DNA of 64,000 nt from Lachnospiraceae bacterium (GCA_030523345.1 JAUNIR010000004.1:41-64040), one strand, 5' to 3'. Counted from the stretch's first letter, positions 50,388 to 60,438 are shown. Numbers and translations are program-made. Notes: generated by a model not told the origin, from the letters alone.

Positions 50388-50430
50388 CTAAAATAGTGCC
50401 TTTGGAATAATTTATTTTTCCAAAAGCACT
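50388..50430 (-). terminator. Rho-independent terminator after trxB
   Basis: Minus-strand hairpin AGTGCTTTTGGA-(12-nt loop)-TCCAAAGGCACT followed by ATTTTAG, about 30 nt downstream of the stop at 50462. Confidence 0.7.
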
Positions 50431-50461
50431 GTTTTTAGCATAGAACTCCATATACACTTAT

Positions 50462-51376
50462 CTATTTCCATGTTCTTAAATATTCTTCCACAGAATAAAC
50501 CGCATTAGCACCATCAGACACTGCTGTAACAACCTGTCTTAATTTCTTTGTCCTTATGTCCCCAGCTGCGAACACTCCTGGCACATTTGTCACACAGGTT
50601 TCGTCTGCAATTACATATCCCTTTTCATCTGTATTTAGCTCTACAGGCACTAAATCTCCATTTGGTTTGTTTCCGACCGCCAAGAAAACTCCGTTTAATG
50701 AAAGCTCTCTTTCCTCGTCTGTTTTTACATTTTTAACAGTAACCGAATTAACTTGGCCATCACCTTTAATTTCCGTGATAACACTATCTGTTATTATTTC
50801 TACATTAGAAGCTTTCTTTAGTTCATCCTGTAATACTGCTGCCGCCCTAAATTCATCTCTTCTGTGAATTAAATATACCTTTTCACATCCTCTTGATAAA
50901 AATATCGCATCCTCTAAAGCTACATCTCCACCGCCAACAACTGCCGTGATTTTGTTCTTAAAAAAGGCTCCATCACATGTAGCGCAGTATGAAACTCCCA
51001 TTCCTGTAAATTCTTCTTCTCCAGGTACATTTAACTTTGCCGGAGAGTTTCCAGTTGCAATAATCAAAGCATTCGCTTCGTACGTATTTTCGTCGGTTAT
51101 GACCTTTTTGACTGAACCAGTCACATCTATTGATACAACATTTTCCGACACCTTTTCTATTTCAAACTTGTCTGCATGTTCGCTCATTTTCTGTCCAAGA
51201 TCGAACCCAGTTATTCCAGGTAATGCCGGATAGTTGTCAACCTCATAGGTGTTGATAATTTGCCCTCCACCCATATAATTTTTCTCAATAAGCAAAGCAG
51301 ATAACATCGCTCTTTTAGCATATATCGCTGCACTAAGTCCCGCAGGACCAGCACCTATTATAATCAAATCATACAT
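50462..51376 (-). CDS. trxB: Thioredoxin-disulfide reductase
   Basis: 304 aa with the FAD motif IIGAGPAGLSAA, the redox-active CATCDG, the NADPH motif VVGGGDVALE and GVFAAGD. Confidence 0.92.
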   Translation of the reverse strand: MYDLIIIGAGPAGLSAAIYAKRAMLSALLIEKNYMGGGQIINTYEVDNYPALPGITGFDLGQKMSEHADKFEIEKVSENVVSIDVTGSVKKVITDENTYEANALIIATGNSPAKLNVPGEEEFTGMGVSYCATCDGAFFKNKITAVVGGGDVALEDAIFLSRGCEKVYLIHRRDEFRAAAVLQDELKKASNVEIITDSVITEIKGDGQVNSVTVKNVKTDEERELSLNGVFLAVGNKPNGDLVPVELNTDEKGYVIADETCVTNVPGVFAAGDIRTKKLRQVVTAVSDGANAVYSVEEYLRTWK

Positions 51377-51403
51377 AACAAACCTCTCTTTTCTAGGCGC
51401 CTG

Positions 51404-52237
51404 CTAAACGCCTGCAAATAGTAAATTCATCACTAGTTTTGAAACAAAATACAATATCAATAAGTGTACTGGGTAAAACCAATATCCAAGCCACTTAAGC
51501 CACCTTCCAAATTGTCTTTTTCCATTATCAAGATACATAAGGAAAAATGAGAAAATTGCAGTACACGAAAATTCACAGTACTCGATTGTAAAATGCATAT
51601 TTTTTGTTGTCAAAAGAGTAACCGTAAATATGTCTATCAAGAATAGAATCGGGCCAAGCTGTATAAGTTTTATCTTGTCATCTTTTAGGAAATAAATAAT
51701 AGCAATTAATATTATTCCCTTTGCATTATAATCAGTGTGCGCAAGATATGCCACTGTAGATATGCTAGCTATTGCCACAGCCGATAATATATATCTAATT
51801 ACTGGTTTAAACTCTTTGCATTTATCAAGAATCACAATCACGATTCCGCCTAAAAAGAGTGTTACCATCACGCTCTGACCACTCGTGTTCACTACCTTTC
51901 TTGATTCCAAAAGGTTAAAAGGAATTTCTGATATGAGCGCAAATACGAATAAATTTCTTAAATATAAAATGCGGTTTCTCGTGTAGCCAAACCCCTGGAC
52001 AAGCTGATAACAGAAAATTGGGAATGCCAGTCTACCAATTGCCTTTAACGCCACTTTAAAATAGTATATTTTCATGGACAAATTATAATCAGTCACGTTC
52101 AAATATATTGGCTCTAAAATCCCCGCACCTATGTGGTCGATAAGCATAAAAACCATTGCCATTATTTTTATGACATCTGATCTTAGCTGCCAATAAGGCT
52201 CTATACTCTGATTGTTTTCGCCCCATTTTCCATCCAT
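51404..52237 (-). CDS. TraX-family membrane protein
   Basis: 277-aa polytopic protein. The N-terminal IKIMAMVFMLIDHIG motif is typical of the TraX family. Confidence 0.72.
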   Translation of the reverse strand: MDGKWGENNQSIEPYWQLRSDVIKIMAMVFMLIDHIGAGILEPIYLNVTDYNLSMKIYYFKVALKAIGRLAFPIFCYQLVQGFGYTRNRILYLRNLFVFALISEIPFNLLESRKVVNTSGQSVMVTLFLGGIVIVILDKCKEFKPVIRYILSAVAIASISTVAYLAHTDYNAKGIILIAIIYFLKDDKIKLIQLGPILFLIDIFTVTLLTTKNMHFTIEYCEFSCTAIFSFFLMYLDNGKRQFGRWLKWLGYWFYPVHLLILYFVSKLVMNLLFAGV

Positions 52238-52243
52238 AAAAAA

Positions 52244-53626
52244 CTATTTTTCTCCTACGATGTTCTGTCTCCATACACCACTTTTCATTATAAGCCATCC
52301 AATAAATGATTTCACTATATTAGTACCTTCAACAATGAAAAACGCTGTAAATATAGAAACTCCAGTCATATATATAAGGATATATGCCACAGGAACAGAA
52401 ATCAGCCATAAGAAGACGCTGTCAAAAAGAAATGTAATAAGTGTTTTTCCACCAGAACGTATTGTGAAATAAGTTGCATGCAAAAATCCACTTACAGGCA
52501 TCATAATTGCAGAAATCCTAATTATACCTGTTGCAATATCCATAACTTCTTGCGTAGTATTGTAAATACGAGGGAACACCGGCGCAAATAAGTAAAGAAT
52601 AGTGCCTATTACTACACACATAACGGTGGAGAACGCAATAATTTTATATGCCGTGTCTTTAGCTTCATCAAGCTTTCCAGCACCTAATAACTGTCCTACT
52701 ATTATTGCAACCGCATCGCCCATTGCAATAAAGGCAATGTTAAATACATTATATATTGTAGAATTAATATTGAGGCCGGCCACTACCGAAAGTCCTCTAG
52801 CAGAATATATCTGAGTCTGTATAGCAATACCTGCTGCCCAAAGCGTTTCATTAAAAACAAGTGGCGTAGCCATATACAACATCTTTTTAATAAGATCATA
52901 TGGAACCTTAAGTGATTTAAATACTCCGGTAATATATGTAAATTTCTTTATATGTGTATGGGTATAAACAATAACAATTACAGCCTGCAATACACGTGAA
53001 ATATTAGTCGCTAAGGCCGCCCCTACAACGCCCATTGGTTTAAAACCAAAATGACCAAAAATGAATACATAGTTAAAAACCAGATTTACAAATACGGCAA
53101 TAACACTTGCCACCATAGGCACAACAGTTTCACCACATTCTCTCATTGTAGATGAATAAACTTGCTCAAAAATACACGGAATAAGCCCTATAAGCATTAC
53201 AGCCATATACTGCTTTCCACATTCAAGAGTAAGTGCCAAATTTCCTTCCTTACTTCCTTCATGTAAATACAGTGAAATAAGCTGCGTATCCATAGTTATA
53301 AATATTCCACAGAACAAAGCTAATATTATAAGGCCTAATAACATTTTAAATCTAAATGTGTATCTGATACCTTCATCATTCTTCTGTCCAGCATACTGCG
53401 CTGTGAAGATTCCCACTCCACCAATTGCGCCAAAAAGACATAAAAAGAAAACAAAAATGAGCTGATTAACGATGGAAACACCGCTCATCTGCTCAGTACC
53501 AAGTCTTCCAACCATTATATTATCAAGAAGACCAACGAAATTCGAAATGCCATTTTGAAGCATTATTGGGATCGCAACGGCAAATACTTTTTTGTAAAAA
53601 TTCTTATCTCCGATTAATTTTTTCAT
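52244..53626 (-). CDS. MATE-family efflux transporter
   Basis: 460 aa with 12 predicted TM segments. The N-terminal reads AIPIMLQNGISNFVGLLDNIMVGRLG, and there is a repeated half-domain architecture typical of MATE (NorM/DinF) pumps. Confidence 0.87.
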   Translation of the reverse strand: MKKLIGDKNFYKKVFAVAIPIMLQNGISNFVGLLDNIMVGRLGTEQMSGVSIVNQLIFVFFLCLFGAIGGVGIFTAQYAGQKNDEGIRYTFRFKMLLGLIILALFCGIFITMDTQLISLYLHEGSKEGNLALTLECGKQYMAVMLIGLIPCIFEQVYSSTMRECGETVVPMVASVIAVFVNLVFNYVFIFGHFGFKPMGVVGAALATNISRVLQAVIVIVYTHTHIKKFTYITGVFKSLKVPYDLIKKMLYMATPLVFNETLWAAGIAIQTQIYSARGLSVVAGLNINSTIYNVFNIAFIAMGDAVAIIVGQLLGAGKLDEAKDTAYKIIAFSTVMCVVIGTILYLFAPVFPRIYNTTQEVMDIATGIIRISAIMMPVSGFLHATYFTIRSGGKTLITFLFDSVFLWLISVPVAYILIYMTGVSIFTAFFIVEGTNIVKSFIGWLIMKSGVWRQNIVGEK

Positions 53627-53628
53627 AA

Positions 53629-54663
53629 TTATTTTTTATATTCAGCAGTAGACTCACCAATAATCAATTTCCCATCAAATAGTCTTTGCTGATTTTCACT
53701 TTTCTCACCTTCAATATATTTGAATAAAAGCTTAATTGATGCCTTTGCCATATCGTCAAAAGGCTGTTCAATAGTGGTAATACGAGGTGAATAATACATC
53801 GCATTATCTACCCCATCAAAGCCTGCAACCGAAATGTCTTCAGGAACTTTCTTACCAGCATCTGCGAGTGCTCTGCAAGCACCTATTGCGACAAGATCTG
53901 ACACAGCATATACCGCGCTGAAATCAACCCCGCTCTCAAGTGCTTTTCTCATTGTAGCAAATCCCGCTCTCATTGAATAGGATTCTTCGTCACAATCCAT
54001 AGGAATTATTAAATCTTCGTTTGGTTTAATCCCATTATCCTCAAGAGCCTTTTTGTATCCATCTTTACGAAGTTTTCCGATACTCTCATCCTCTGGATCT
54101 GCTGAAATAAGTAAAATCTTTTTATGACCTAACTTACAAAGATAGTCTACAATTTTGTAACTTTCTCTAACATCATCAACTGCAACAGACGAATAATTCC
54201 CACTGTATTCATCTGTCATATTAACTGTACTAATTACAAATGGAACTGAAATAGCATCTAACTTTTCTTTTGTATGATTAAAGTAACCGCCAAGGAAAAC
54301 AATGCCCTTAAGCTTCTTTTCTCTCTCAAGTTCTACTGCGACTTCTACCTCATCCTGATCGAAGTCAATGTGTCGAATAACAAGAGAATATTTCTGTTTT
54401 TGAATCTCCAATTCCATTACTTTTATCATTCTCATAAAAGAAGGATTAGCAATACCCTTAACGAGTATTGCTATTGTTTTAGATTCTGTGAGTTTGAGGT
54501 TTCTCGCACTGTTGTTAGGAACAAAATTTGTTTCCCTAACAACCTTCATTATTTTTTTTCTTGTTGCCTCATTAATATCAGGATGATTGTTCAATGCTCG
54601 TGAAACTGTAGAAACACCACAGCCACACATTCTTGCAATATCCTTAATCGTAATCTGTTCCAT
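53629..54663 (-). CDS. LacI-family transcriptional regulator (likely the regulator of the adjacent maltodextrin genes)
   Basis: 344 aa. The HTH reads ITIKDIARMCGCGVSTVSRALNN. The C-terminal part is a sugar-binding domain. The regulatory role is inferred from position within the malQ/ABC cluster. Confidence 0.87.
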   Translation of the reverse strand: MEQITIKDIARMCGCGVSTVSRALNNHPDINEATRKKIMKVVRETNFVPNNSARNLKLTESKTIAILVKGIANPSFMRMIKVMELEIQKQKYSLVIRHIDFDQDEVEVAVELEREKKLKGIVFLGGYFNHTKEKLDAISVPFVISTVNMTDEYSGNYSSVAVDDVRESYKIVDYLCKLGHKKILLISADPEDESIGKLRKDGYKKALEDNGIKPNEDLIIPMDCDEESYSMRAGFATMRKALESGVDFSAVYAVSDLVAIGACRALADAGKKVPEDISVAGFDGVDNAMYYSPRITTIEQPFDDMAKASIKLLFKYIEGEKSENQQRLFDGKLIIGESTAEYKK

Positions 54664-54725
54664 TTAATCCTACTTTTTCTCTACCATTCAATCACACATA
54701 AAACATTGATTATCATATGGTAATT

Positions 54726-56207
54726 CTACATTCTCGCATACATCTTTGTAAGTTTATATATTTTGCTTGTGAGAGCTTTTGAAAATGCTTTATCTGCCAT
54801 TCTCCATTTCCAGTTATCTCCAAGCGTTGCCGGTGTATTTATTCTTGCTTCCTTACCTAGTCCTAAATAATCCTGAACAGGAATTACGCAAATATCAGCC
54901 ACCGAGCCCATAGCAAGACGAATACACTCCCAATGAACATCATCTGCCTTCGTCTCATCTATATTAAGATATTCGTTAGCAAATTTTCTATCCACCTTCG
55001 ACAATTCCTGATACCAACCTTTAGTAGTATTGTTATCATGAGTTCCTGTGTATACAATACAATTCTTGATGTAGTTGTGTGGTAAATAATCGCTGTCTTC
55101 TCTTGAATCAAAGGCAAACTGTAAAACTTTCATTCCTGGATATCCAGTATCTTTAACAAGCTTTAATACAGTATCTGTTAAAAAGCCAAGATCTTCCGCT
55201 ATGATATCCATCTCCCCGAGTTCTTTCTTTAGCGTATTGAAAAGATCGATTCCCGGTCCTTTTTCCCACTTACCAAATTCGGCTGTAGAATCACCATATG
55301 GGATGTTATAGTATTCATCAAATCCTCTAAAGTGATCAATTCTTATTACATCATATAGCTTGTAACAGTTTCTGATACGCTCTACCCACCAGGCATATCC
55401 TGTCTTCTTATGATATTTCCAGTCATACAGAGGATTTCCCCACAGCTGTCCTGTCGCAGAAAATCCGTCCGGAGGACATCCTGCAACTCCTGTAGGCAAA
55501 CCATTTTTGTCAAACTTAAATAACTTAGGGTTGGCCCATGTATCTGCACTGTCAAAAGCAACGTAAATAGGGATGTCTCCAACTATTTTTATGCCGTTTT
55601 TATTTGCATACGCTTTAAGCTTAACCCACTGTTCATTGAATTTGAACTGTTGGAATTTATAAAAGGAAATCTCTTCCTTTAATTCTTTTGTGTATTTTTT
55701 TACCGCATTTTCCTCACGAAGTCTTATGTCTTCATCCCATTCGATAAAAGAAACCCCACCAAACTTGTTTTTAACAGCCATATATAAAGCATAGTCATCT
55801 AGCCAGAAAGCATTTTCTTTTATGAACTTTTTGTAAGCTGCCTTCTTTTCAATGTTGCTTCTATCAAAAGCGATTTTTAACACTTTAAAACGTGATAACC
55901 ATATTTTTTCATAATCAATATACGACTTGTTATTACCCCAGTCAAAGCTGTTGACTTCTGATTTCTTGAGAAGTCCTTCCTCAATAAGGGTATCGAGATC
56001 TATAAAATATGGATTTCCTGCAAATGTTGAAAAAGATTGATATGGTGAATCTCCGTAACCTGTTGGTCCAAGAGGCAAAATCTGCCAATAACTCTGGCCT
56101 GCTGCTTTTAATGTATCTATGAACTTATATGCTTCCTTTGAAAAGGAGCCAATTCCATACTTACCTGGCAAGGATGCAACAGGAAGTAAAAAACCTGATT
56201 TTCTCAT
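54726..56207 (-). CDS. malQ: 4-alpha-glucanotransferase (amylomaltase)
   Basis: 493 aa of GH77 family. Motifs include GIGSF, YWQILPLGPTGYGDSPYQSFS, IKIVGDIPIYV, VIRIDHFRGF, IIAEDLG and YTGTHDN. Confidence 0.92.
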   Translation of the reverse strand: MRKSGFLLPVASLPGKYGIGSFSKEAYKFIDTLKAAGQSYWQILPLGPTGYGDSPYQSFSTFAGNPYFIDLDTLIEEGLLKKSEVNSFDWGNNKSYIDYEKIWLSRFKVLKIAFDRSNIEKKAAYKKFIKENAFWLDDYALYMAVKNKFGGVSFIEWDEDIRLREENAVKKYTKELKEEISFYKFQQFKFNEQWVKLKAYANKNGIKIVGDIPIYVAFDSADTWANPKLFKFDKNGLPTGVAGCPPDGFSATGQLWGNPLYDWKYHKKTGYAWWVERIRNCYKLYDVIRIDHFRGFDEYYNIPYGDSTAEFGKWEKGPGIDLFNTLKKELGEMDIIAEDLGFLTDTVLKLVKDTGYPGMKVLQFAFDSREDSDYLPHNYIKNCIVYTGTHDNNTTKGWYQELSKVDRKFANEYLNIDETKADDVHWECIRLAMGSVADICVIPVQDYLGLGKEARINTPATLGDNWKWRMADKAFSKALTSKIYKLTKMYARM

Positions 56208-56298
56208 CTTACTATATACGCTCTCTTAATAATTTAATCCTAAACTAGCTTATTAGTTCTCTATGCTTCACTAACAAACTTTTACTATTATACACTTA

Positions 56299-57141
56299 TT
56301 ACCCCTTAACTGCACCCGCTACAACACCTTCAATAATATATTTTTGTGCTACAAGGTAAAGAATAATAACTGGTAAAATTGTCATAAGAATACAAGCCAT
56401 CATTGGACCCATCTGGACGCTTCCGTAGCTTCCCTTAAAATACTGAATAAGAATAGGGATTGTTGTATATTTCTTTCTATCAAGTACAAGGTATGGAAGA
56501 AGATAGTCATTCCATAACCACATTGCCTCAAGAATTGCTACTGAAATAAGTGTTGGCTTTAATACCGGCAAGTCAATTGAAAAGAATGTTCTAAGTGGTC
56601 CACAGCCATCAATCATTGCAGCTTCTTCAAGCTCAATAGGGATTGTCTTCATAAATCCTGTGAACATGAAAACTGCAAGTCCTGCGCCAAATCCTAAATA
56701 AATGATGCAAATCTTATAAGGTGTATCAAAATCAAGTCGATCCGCTGTAGCTGATAGTGTAAACATCAACATCTGGAATGGTACTACCATTGAGAATACG
56801 AATAGGTAGTAAACAATCTTTGATAAAATGCTATCTACACGTGTAATGTACCATGCACACATACTGCAACAAACAAGAATGAGTGCTAAGGAAGATACTG
56901 TAATAAATAAGCTATAACCAAACGCCTGGGCAAATCCCTGAGAAGTAAGTGCCTTAGCAAAATTATCTAATCCATTAAATGACTCAGCTGTTGGAAGCTT
57001 AAAAATAGTAGTTGTTGATATCGCCCTCTCAACCTTAAGCGAGTTAATTAAAATCATAAATACTGGGTAAACCCATGCAAGGGAGATGATTCCAATAATG
57101 ACTGAAAGAATAATCTTTCCTGGTGTTTGTTTTTCACTCAT
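56299..57141 (-). CDS. Carbohydrate ABC transporter permease (MalG-like)
   Basis: 280 aa with 6 TM segments and the EAA loop IELEEAAMIDGCGPLRTFFSIDLP. The start overlaps the preceding stop by 1 nt. Confidence 0.9.
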   Translation of the reverse strand: MSEKQTPGKIILSVIIGIISLAWVYPVFMILINSLKVERAISTTTIFKLPTAESFNGLDNFAKALTSQGFAQAFGYSLFITVSSLALILVCCSMCAWYITRVDSILSKIVYYLFVFSMVVPFQMLMFTLSATADRLDFDTPYKICIIYLGFGAGLAVFMFTGFMKTIPIELEEAAMIDGCGPLRTFFSIDLPVLKPTLISVAILEAMWLWNDYLLPYLVLDRKKYTTIPILIQYFKGSYGSVQMGPMMACILMTILPVIILYLVAQKYIIEGVVAGAVKG

Positions 57142-57992
57142 TATGCCTGTACCTCCTTTGACTTAGTTGCTCTAAGCTGTATTAAAGATATTACAATTAC
57201 GAGAATACAAAATACTACAGCTTTTGCTTGTCCATAACCTTTCCACTGCTTACCCGAACGTGCGTAGAAAGTATCATATATATTAAGTGCAAGCATCTCT
57301 GATTTGTGAGCTGGCTCACCGCCTGTAAGGGCTAAGTTCTGATCAAAGAGCTTGAAACCATTTGTCAATGTTAAGAATAAACAAATTGTAATTGAACTCA
57401 TTACATTAGGTATTTTTACCTTAAATAAAGTCTGAAGACTATTTGCTCCATCAATCATTGCTGCTTCAAGATATGATGTATCGATTGACTGAAGTCCTGC
57501 AATGTAGATTATCATCATGTATCCTATCTGCTGCCAGCACATAAGAACTACAAGTCCTATAAATCCCCACTTTTCATTAAGTGCTAATAATGGCTGCCCA
57601 ATTAATGATAAGAAACAATCAAGTAATGTTTTCCATATATATCCAAGAACGATACCACCAATAAGGTTTGGCATAAAGAATACTGTTCTATAAACATCCT
57701 TACCTTTTATCTTATTTGTAAGCGCAAGCGCAAGCATAAATGCTATTACATTAATAAGTATTACAGATACTATTGCAAATGACAATGTGTATTCAAATGC
57801 ATGATAAAAAGATGCATCAGTCAAAGCGTATTTATAGTTTGCAAGACCTACAAATTTCGCCTTTTTAATTGTTGAAAATTTACAAAATGATAAGTACACA
57901 CCCTGTATAAATGGATATATAAAACCTATCGCAAATGCTGCTATTGTTGGCAAAACAAAAATCGGCCAATACTTTCTTACCGCTTTTTCCAT
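57141..57992 (-). CDS. Carbohydrate ABC transporter permease (MalF-like)
   Basis: 283 aa with 6 TM segments and the EAA loop YLEAAMIDGANSLQTLFKVKIP. Confidence 0.9.
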   Translation of the reverse strand: MEKAVRKYWPIFVLPTIAAFAIGFIYPFIQGVYLSFCKFSTIKKAKFVGLANYKYALTDASFYHAFEYTLSFAIVSVILINVIAFMLALALTNKIKGKDVYRTVFFMPNLIGGIVLGYIWKTLLDCFLSLIGQPLLALNEKWGFIGLVVLMCWQQIGYMMIIYIAGLQSIDTSYLEAAMIDGANSLQTLFKVKIPNVMSSITICLFLTLTNGFKLFDQNLALTGGEPAHKSEMLALNIYDTFYARSGKQWKGYGQAKAVVFCILVIVISLIQLRATKSKEVQA

Positions 57993-58044
57993 GTCCGCGT
58001 CTCCTTATGAATGTGTGTTTGTCTTTATAATTCTTTCTTTTAAT

Positions 58045-58070
58045 GAAGGGCGGCTATTACACCACCCTTC
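58045..58070 (-). other. Intercistronic stem-loop between the binding-protein and permease genes
   Basis: Minus-strand hairpin GAAGGGTGG-TGTAATAG-CCGCCCTTC (9 bp, one G-U pair) with no following U-tract. It lies 34 nt after the binding-protein stop. Confidence 0.5.
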
Positions 58071-58103
58071 CATTATTTAATCACTATTGTCTAACTAAGT
58101 ATA

Positions 58104-59462
58104 TTATTCAGCAAGTGCCTTTTCTGAAGCCCATCCGTCTACGAATGCTGTAACAACTCCATCCCAGTCACCAGTACCTGCAGCATATGCTGTAAGAGCT
58201 GAACCAACACCATTCTTCCACTCTTCAGATGGCATTGTTGTGAAGTTCCATGAAACAGGTGTCTTACCAGCCTGTGTATAAGCTGCATCTGCCTGAACGA
58301 ATACGTTAGGGTTTTCCTTAGCTGCCTTGAAAGGAATTGTGAATCCCATGTCAGCCATAGCCTGTGTTCCTTCATCTGATGATACGCACCAGTTAATGAA
58401 TGTAAGTGTAGCTGCAATATCTTCATCAGAAGCTTCGTTGTTTACACACCAGAAGTTTTCTGTACCTGTACAAAGACCCTGATTAGCTTCGTCACCAACA
58501 CCAACATAGATAGGAATCATATTAAGCTGATCGTCTGTCATACCCTTACCTGTAAGGTTACCATATTCCCATGAACCGTTCTGGAAGAATACAGCCTTAC
58601 CTTCTGCGAACTCATTCTCAGCATCATCACCTGTCTTAGAAGCGAGTTCCTTAGGATCACATGTTGAGTTATTGATGTAAAGATCAAAGATATCCTTGTA
58701 GTTATTAAGGTATGTACCCTTAATAGCCTTTGTATCCGAGATGCCATCTGCCTGATACTCGAAGTAGATTGGAAGATTAGCAAGGTGTGTCTTGAATCTC
58801 CAGTCTGAAGAACCATCCATACCTGTTGATGTAAATGCTGCAAATCCTAACTCATCCTTACGAGCTGTGATATCTTCAGCAACCTTCTTAAGATCAGAGA
58901 ATGACTTAATATCATCTACTGTGTAACCAGCCTGCTCAAGAAGTGTAGCATTTGTGATAATACCGTATGACTCGATAACATATGCAATACCTGCAACCTC
59001 ATCACCATTCTTAAGTGCGAATGAATCTGATGTTAAGTTTGAATAAATATCTGAATCTGAAAGGTCATAACAATAATCTGACCAGTTAGCAAGACCTACA
59101 GGACCATTAACCTGGAAAAGTGTAGGAGCTTCGTCTTTTGCGATTTCAGCTGTAAGTGTCTCTTCATATGTTCCTGAAGCTGCTGTAACTACTGTTACAG
59201 GAACTCCTGTCTGAGCTGTATAGCTCTTAGCAAGTGCCTGCCACTGCTCATCCTGCTCTGGTTTGAAGTTTAAGTAGTAAACCTGCCCATCTGCAGCTTC
59301 TGCAACTTCTTCTGCCTCGTCTGCCTCGTCTGCATCATCATCTGCTTCATCTGCAGCTGCTGGAGCTGCTGCTGGAGCTGTTGCTTCCTGTGCGCCACAT
59401 CCTACGAGTAATGATGCAACCATTGCTACTGAAAGAATAGCACTAAGTAATTTCTTTTTCAT
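58104..59462 (-). CDS. ABC transporter extracellular sugar-binding lipoprotein
   Basis: 452 aa. The signal peptide has the lipobox LLVGCGA. An Ala/Asp/Glu-rich linker is followed by a family-1 solute-binding domain. It is the first gene of the ABC/malQ cluster. Confidence 0.87.
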   Translation of the reverse strand: MKKKLLSAILSVAMVASLLVGCGAQEATAPAAAPAAADEADDDADEADEAEEVAEAADGQVYYLNFKPEQDEQWQALAKSYTAQTGVPVTVVTAASGTYEETLTAEIAKDEAPTLFQVNGPVGLANWSDYCYDLSDSDIYSNLTSDSFALKNGDEVAGIAYVIESYGIITNATLLEQAGYTVDDIKSFSDLKKVAEDITARKDELGFAAFTSTGMDGSSDWRFKTHLANLPIYFEYQADGISDTKAIKGTYLNNYKDIFDLYINNSTCDPKELASKTGDDAENEFAEGKAVFFQNGSWEYGNLTGKGMTDDQLNMIPIYVGVGDEANQGLCTGTENFWCVNNEASDEDIAATLTFINWCVSSDEGTQAMADMGFTIPFKAAKENPNVFVQADAAYTQAGKTPVSWNFTTMPSEEWKNGVGSALTAYAAGTGDWDGVVTAFVDGWASEKALAE

Positions 59463-59506
59463 TTCTCTCTCCTTAAAACTAAATATTATCTACTGTTACG
59501 TATCGC

Positions 59507-59530
59507 GGAAACGTTGTCGGTAACGTTTCC
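59507..59530. promoter_or_regulatory. LacI/cre-type operator (inverted repeat) downstream of the mal promoter
   Basis: GGAAACGTT-GTCGGT-AACGTTTCC has perfect 9-bp arms and sits between the predicted -10 and the binding-protein start codon. Confidence 0.55.
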
Positions 59531-59542
59531 AGGAATGATTAG

Positions 59543-59571
59543 ATATTACATCCGGAAACGTTTCCAGTCAA
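59543..59571 (-). promoter_or_regulatory. Putative sigma-A promoter of the sugar ABC/malQ operon
   Basis: The minus strand reads TTGACT (59571-59566), a 17-nt spacer, then TAATAT (59548-59543). Confidence 0.55.
59554..59565. promoter_or_regulatory. LacI/cre-type operator inside the promoter spacer
   Basis: GGAAACGTTTCC is a perfect 12-bp palindrome. It fills most of the -35/-10 spacer. The extended sequence CTGGAAACGTTTCCGG fits the core of the cre consensus TGNAANCGNTNNCA. Confidence 0.6.
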
Positions 59572-59784
59572 CCCTTTTCATGAAGTTTGTGACCTATACA
59601 CAATTTCGTACGTTGTAAATTGGTGAATGTGCTGTGTGCTTACGCCTATTCCTAATGAATCCGAAATGTTTTATAATAAATATGCTATTTATTTGTTAGA
59701 CTAGATTAATTCGTATTTTGTTTACAACCTGTATTCTACTTACGATTTCTAGCCGCATTAATATTTTATATTTGGAGATTTGTC

Positions 59785-60438
59785 TTGAAAAAAATAAATA
59801 TAGAAGAAAAGTTTTTAGATGAACGACTGATGCGAAATGTTTCCCTAATATCAGTTGCTTGTGGTTTTATATCTCTTATCATATTGTCAGTCACTCATAA
59901 TCTTGAGTTATTGCCTGCTTTTGAAAAAATTGTAAAAATTGTAATAACTCTGTTTACATTACGGGCATTCTCAAATTTTCATTGGGATTTCATGCAGGGA
60001 ATGATGGGTGCCCTTCTATTTGCACTTCTTTATCAGGAAGGCTTCTTAGTTCTTGGAAAGCTATGGGGTGAAACTTCTGACTTTGATGCTTTTTTGATTA
60101 TGGGTGTTCAGGGAAGTCTTTATTTGGCTGCCCAAGGTATGAGTTTCCTTATGACGATTATAATAATAATTAATCATTTCGTAATTGATTATAGTCGTAT
60201 TAGCAATTTAGCAAATGTAATTTTTAACCAGATATCCATTATCTTTAAAATATTATTGTATGGTTTTCTAATGGTAATTAATGGCTTTTTAAGTCAGCCT
60301 CTACACATCCAGATTAATTCTGGTTTCGAATATATGTCTGACTTGTGTATTGTGATTCTTATAATTTGTATAGAATCTCAGCTTGATAATTTCAAAGCTA
60401 TTAGACAAGATTTATTAAAAAATAAAAAGAAAAAATAA
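59785..60438 (+). CDS. Hypothetical polytopic membrane protein
   Basis: 217-aa ORF with a TTG start 7 nt after GGAGA. It has about 6 hydrophobic segments and a Lys-rich C-terminus. No motif recognised. Confidence 0.5.
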   Translation: MKKINIEEKFLDERLMRNVSLISVACGFISLIILSVTHNLELLPAFEKIVKIVITLFTLRAFSNFHWDFMQGMMGALLFALLYQEGFLVLGKLWGETSDFDAFLIMGVQGSLYLAAQGMSFLMTIIIIINHFVIDYSRISNLANVIFNQISIIFKILLYGFLMVINGFLSQPLHIQINSGFEYMSDLCIVILIICIESQLDNFKAIRQDLLKNKKKK

